Of a DNA stretch of 64,000 nucleotides, positions 59,187-64,000 are shown piece after piece (the first letter of the stretch is position 1; each line of letters starts with the position of its first letter). The DNA lies in contig CM074812.1 in assembly GCA_037447605.1 (NCBI GenBank), positions 682,001-746,000 of the forward strand, given 5' to 3'. This stretch comes from Zygnema circumcarinatum SAG 698-1b. Lineage: Eukaryota > Plantae > Zygnematophyceae. The translations under genes were made by a program, and so were the position numbers. The notes below the pieces were generated by a model. The model was not told the DNA's origin, did not search any database, and worked only from the letters and a program-made list of their open reading frames with translations.

Positions 59187-60635
59187 CTCTCTTTTCACTC
59201 TTTTCTTTTCTTTTCTTTTCTTTTTTCGTTTTTTTTTTTTTGTTTGTTTGATTGACAGGATGTTTTTTTCAGTCTGAAAAGGGGCGACGATTTGACCGGC
59301 ACATGTGCGCTGCGAGAAGAGGGGTTCAAAGATGTGCCCTCATCGCTGCTGCTCTTTCTGCGGAGCAACGAACGGACTCTAAAGCTCATGGACCTGTGGA
59401 TCGATGAGCACGAAACAAGGTAGGAACATCAGAGGGAGAGAGAGGAGCGAGAGAGGGAGAGAGAGAGAGAGGAGCGAGAGTGGGGGAGAGGGAGAGCGAG
59501 GGAGATCTGAAATCTCTTCGAAGTGCTTGGTTGGTTGGTTTGTTTGTTGGGGGAGAAGTTGGTGGCAGAGGAAAGGGAGAGAGGAAGGAGGGAGGAAGAT
59601 GGGAAGGGAGAGATGGAGGAGAGAGGGGGGGAGGGGAGTCAGAGGGGGGAAGGGGGAGGGAGGGAGAGCGAGAGATGAGGGGAAGGGGAGGGAAGGTGGA
59701 AGGAAGAGAAGGATATGGAGAAAGTGATGGGGAGGGAGTTTATGGTCCTTTGGGTCGATATCATGAAATGTGGTATGAAGAAAATTGTTTTGTTTTCAGT
59801 TCCTGGATATTAAAAAGCTCGTTTGATACAAGTCAGAGCAGCCCTTTTTTATCCCTTTTCTGCATTCGTCACTTTTATTTGGTTCAAATAAGGAAGAAAA
59901 CGAGTGTGTACTTTCGTCCCTTTGACCTTTTCTTGTCCAAAGTCTTAATCACCAGCGGATGACTGACTAGCTTCCCCTTTGTTACTTTTAAGCTCACCTT
60001 ATTGTATTGCTTCTATGCTTCGCCTTGTCATTCAGAAACCCAAAAAGTTGAAAGTGGTATGGATGGGTCTGCAGATTCCCAAACATGGATGCGAGGCAAG
60101 TGCTTGAAAAGTTGTTTATGACGGAACTGGAAACTATCACAGTTAGCATGGGTCTCTCATACTATTGCCTTCCAAAGAATGTTTATCCCTCCGTTTGCGA
60201 ACTTCCCATGGAGCTTAACTTTGTGAGAGCGGTGATAATGGAGCAATGCCCCAATGACTATCGGCCCCTAATGGACCAGGCGAAGGAGTTTTTTGTGAAA
60301 TATGACAGTCTAGGTAAGGGGGAGGGGGAGGGGGCGGGGTAGGGGAGGGCTAAACATGTGGTCCGAACAGGAGGTGGGAGAGGAAGTGGGAGAGGAGGGG
60401 GGAGGTCGAGTGGCGATAAGGGAAATTTTGCGAAAGTAGGGGAGAAACTACAGAGGTGGTAGGAGGGGAGAGGGAAGGAGAGAGGGAGGAGCGTGGGAAA
60501 GGTGAGGCGCTAGGAGAGGATAGAGGAGGCAGAAGAGAGGGTAGAGAGGGTAAGAAAAGATTGAAGTTTAATGTCTTAATGTGTTAGGGTTCCTGCTTTA
60601 GGGTTCCCTCTCCTTTTCCCTTGCAGGAAACTGAG
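51254..60635 (+). CDS. Nucleotide-diphospho-sugar transferase (GT77, At4g15970-like clade), type II membrane protein with two GT domains or two tandem genes; assembly-disrupted
   Basis: TM exon ~51838-51935 (VAILLLLVTITGLSLW). Domain 1: LQRALSDVATPKRVVIVTVFTSAW...HVLIMALDEGAYDYC...CY and WRRLEMIRKIMKDGFHVIFSDLDAVWLK. After a 100-N gap, domain 2: ARIAAYPDSTVLITPY...HTLFISYSPEEYSQC...CF, WRQLALVRRLLADGHHVLCSDAHVMWLK, LFLRSNERTLKLMDLW. Start and stop are inferred. Confidence 0.8.
53913..60322. repeat. Near-identical tandem duplications joined by 10-N gaps (probable assembly overlap artefact)
   Basis: 53913-55905 recurs from 55916 (offset 2003); ~56971-58640 recurs from 58657 (offset 1686). Introns and microsatellites are essentially identical, and each junction is exactly an N10 spacer. 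Confidence 0.85.
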
Positions 60636-61819
60636 CTTCACTGGTAGCAGAGAGCAGGCGGAGCCATTGCCAGCTGAAAGCTTAAGTCCAGCGAGGGTTT
60701 CCATGTGGTTCCTTAGCTTTACTTTTGTAGAAAACTTAGGGTTCAGGGCCGAGCGGTCAGCTTGGTTGACCGAAATCAGAGTTAAGTTATTTCTGGAGGA
60801 GTTCCGTTTTTGCGGATTGAGGAAAAAGAATATAGAAATGAAGGAGAGGAGAGGGGCTAAAGATGTCAAAAAAAGCACCAGAAGAAACGAACTTATCATG
60901 TCATGATCTCTCACACAATGTACATTTATTGATGTCATTGGAAAAGATTTTGCAGTGGGGCAAAAGTGGCTGGAAACCCAAAGAAACCCAGAGGGAAGAA
61001 ATAATCTTCTGTGTATGTTTGTGCAAGAGTGAATTCAAAGCCTCCCATTGGCTAAAACGATTCGAGGATTCGTTTTCAGTTGGTCTCTCCTTGTGTAGGG
61101 GGTTACCTGTTCCATGTGGTTTTTGAGGGTTCTTGGTCCGGTTCTGTTTCATAAGCATTTACTTTTGCCAAGGTGATTTCCTTGTCGATCTTTTTAGATC
61201 TTTTTATCGCATTCATACTGTTTTGGAAACCACTCATTCCTAAAACTTCATCACAGACAGCGGGTTTTTAGGTCGCCAAAATTATCAAAGTTTAGCGATG
61301 AATACGCGGGCATTAATAGCCTTTTTGAGAAGAGAAAGCTGGAAATGATGTGGTTGAACCAGCAAGGAGGAATGACCGCATATTTGGTTTCGAACTTTCG
61401 ATTTGTAGATTCCGTCCAGTCATTATATTAACGAATTTTGTGAGTGGTGACTTCCTCCGATTAGTAGTGATGCTCGTAATCGCAAGCCCCAGTTAGAAAT
61501 TTTGGACATCGCAATGAAGTCTAGTTAGAAAGGGCTTAATTGCGGTCGCTTTCTACTCGACTAGTTTTTTGCGACGAAGTTTTTCCACCCCAAGTGAAGC
61601 CTATGCAGATTTTTGGATGGAAATCTTCGCTCCATTTATCAAAGGCGGCGTGAGTCAAATGCTCGAATTGTACGGCAAGACATCTCAAAAGGTGGCGGTA
61701 CTGTCAGAACGACTTCAGCTTCAAATCCGTGAGGCACAGTCTTAACCAAATGACTCCAATACCACACAGAAGAGCAAAAAGAGACAGACAAGCCTAAAAA
61801 TCGAAAGTCATTCCTATCC

Positions 61820-61940
61820 TAACCCTACCTACCCTAACCCTAATCCTACTCATAACCCTAATCCTAACCTCTCACTACTTCAACACTACCCTAACCCTAA
61901 CCTAACCCTAACCCTAACCTAACCCTATCCTACCCTTACC
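61820..61940. repeat. Degenerate (CCCTAA)n telomere-like tract
   Basis: aaccctacctaccctaaccctaatcct... downstream of the GT14-like stop. Confidence 0.7.
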
Positions 61941-62011
61941 ATACAGTCGCCCCCCTCCCCTCCCCTCCCCTCCCCTCCCCTCCCCTCCCTCCCTCTCTCT
62001 CTCTCTCTCTC

Positions 62012-63809
62012 TCACTGGAAGAAGACCTTCTCCGCCAAGTAGAGCAGCCCGTGCCTCACTTCACTGCTGAACTTGCGTGCGAAGAGGAAGCAGTGGCGCG
62101 GCCTCCCGTTGACCGTACACTGTACGGACCGGTTCCATCCCGCGTGCACTTGGAACTTGACGGCGGCGGTCGCGTTGAGACTGCGCACGAGCGCGAACGC
62201 GTCGCGGCGAATGTCCGCCGAAGCGAACGTGTGAGGGTGGAGGAAGTTCTCGGGCCGCCACTCGACGTACGTCACGGGACGGTTCTCCACGCGCGCGGGG
62301 TCCTTCATCTGCAACAAGCAAGGGGAAAGGGGGGAATGAGGGAGAGGGGGGGGAAGGGAGGGAGGGAGGGGGAGGGGGNNNNNNNNNNGGAAGGGTTGAG
62401 GGGGGAGGGCGGAAGGGAGAGGGGGGAGGGGGAAGGGTGTGAGGGGGGAGGGGGGAACGGGGAACGGGGAGGGGAGAGGGGGGAAGGGGGAGGGAGGAGG
62501 GAGGAGGGAGGAGGGAGGAGGGGGTAGGGGAGAAGGGAGAGGAGAAATGGAGGAGGAGAGGGAAGGGGGAAAAGGAGGGAGAGTTCACCCCCAGGAGAGT
62601 CTGAACGTAGTGCTCGTTCATTATCTGCAACCCCCTCCCACAGCTTCCCCAGAGACGTTCAGTGGTCTGAAACAGCAGGTGGTACGGCCTATCACAAGGG
62701 AGTACTTCTGTCAAGAGGGACAAAAATTTCAATTTGCGAGTTGACATGGGGGCCATATCTTCAGATGGGGCTCTCACATAATGTGTGGACCTCATAACAA
62801 TTGCATCGTATATGTTGGTGTCGTTGATTACTTCCAGTGCGTGATCGCGGATTATAGCAAACCACTGCCCCCTCCAGGGAGGCAACCAAAAGTCTCAGAA
62901 CCCTTTATTAGGGCTTTAGGTTTTGTAGGGCCTGCCTTCAACTCGAGAAACTCTACAAACTCACAAAACCATAGAAATTAGCCAACCCTAATTCTATTCA
63001 CTGCGTTCCCCCACTCATTGTTTTGCGCCAATTCCCACGCTTCCTGCTCAAGGCAGCTTCCTGGAAGCTTCTTGAAGTTGTTAACGTGAATTCTCTCATT
63101 ACCTGTGAGCCTTTCCGCCAGCTCAAAAGTGGGATGTCCGGTTCGTAATTTTTAGTCCATCGAAAAGGTGTCCCAATGCTGTCCTCCCCTCACACAAAAA
63201 AAAAAAAAAAAAATTAGTCTTTCTTACATCTTCGATACAGTAAATATTCTCAATAACTCCTCCCCAAGTATTTATTATTTTATTATATTTTATATATTAA
63301 TTTATTTATTTATTCCAAGTATTTCATGTCTCCAAATTCCCCGCGTCTTTACTTCGACAGATCAACCCTAAGACTGAATGCGTTTGAAGCTTTTGAAACC
63401 AACGTAGAGGCGGACAGGAGCATTCAGCTGACTTTACTTGCTTAAAAAACAAGTAAGAAAGAGTACCTTGCAACGTAGCTATTGCGGGACCTGGTGAGGT
63501 AGCGATGTATGTATGTCAAGTTCCAAAGGGGCGCACATCTGCAACACATCAACAAGCAGAAACCCCTTCAACTTTGGAGGCAGAAGAAAACTATAACTTC
63601 AGGAAGCAGGCAGCAGGCAGCAAATAGTTTGAAACTGAAACTAAAACTAAAACTGAATCTGAAACTGAAACTGAAACTGAAACTGAAACTGCGAGTTCTG
63701 TGAAGACTTACGAGTCCGACAGCAGCACGAACATGTAGTTCCGCGGTTCCGTTAAAGCCGTTGCAAGGAGCCGCCGTTCCGCGCGGAGGACGCCGTGGCC
63801 GGCCCACGA
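62012..63809 (-). CDS. Core-2/I-branching (GT14-like, DUF266/BC10-type) glycosyltransferase, 5' end beyond the window
   Basis: Exons encode VSWAGHGVLRAERRLLATALTEPRNYMFVLLSDS|CAPLWNLTYIHRYL, WRKGSQ|WFAIIRDHALEVIND, NEHYVQTLLG, NRPVTYVEW...HPHTF and CFLFARKF, all hallmark family motifs. Confidence 0.92.
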
Positions 63810-64000
63810 CACCTGGCAGCATTTCATTCGCCGAGAAGAGCAGCAGAGCCAATAAGAGAGTGGCATCGATTTATGTTCGTCTGCGGGGAAAGCTCTCAAA
63901 TGCAAATGAAGGCTCCATGACGAGAATTATTTTTTATGATTTTTTTTATTTCAAAAAGTATGAATTGGAAGGCAACAAGCAACCGGGGAACCTCGCTGAA

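Noticed and set aside
54220-60342. Three-gene GT77 tandem array
   Set aside because: Copies are near-identical including introns and are joined by N10 spacers; a single locus mis-assembled is more likely.
62630-62780. Apparent ~50-aa insertion in the GT14-like enzyme
   Set aside because: Bounded by TAT|gtgaga and ttgcag|ATA, so most likely a stop-free intron.

Overview
Eukaryotic nuclear DNA from a green plant lineage. The gene families, GA/CT-microsatellite-rich introns and interstitial T(2-4)AGGG repeats suggest a streptophyte alga or early-diverging streptophyte (inference). About ten intron-containing genes can be reconstructed: two tandem TPK two-pore K+ channels, an unknown protein, a proline-rich/SPARK-like secreted protein, the 36-aa OST4 subunit (missed by the ORF track), a ~2,280-aa EMF1/HAPLESS8-like protein whose first exon lies 4.1 kb upstream of the two long ORFs, TRAPPC2/sedlin with a minor-spliceosome AT-AC intron, an LRR + SAPS (PP6 regulatory subunit-like) fusion, a GT77-type glycosyltransferase with two domains (one with a degenerate DxD), and a GT14-like/DUF266 glycosyltransferase running off the window. 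Intergenic DNA holds several non-autonomous DNA transposons (a hAT MITE with an 8-bp TSD, nested long-TIR Mutator-like elements, small MITEs) and many simple repeats. Most ORFs in the supplied track are microsatellite or shadow artefacts. The 53.9-60.3 kb 'duplications' look like unmerged assembly overlaps at 10-N gaps. No CRISPR array, rRNA or tRNA was seen. All exon models are read by eye from splice consensus and frame, without transcript data.
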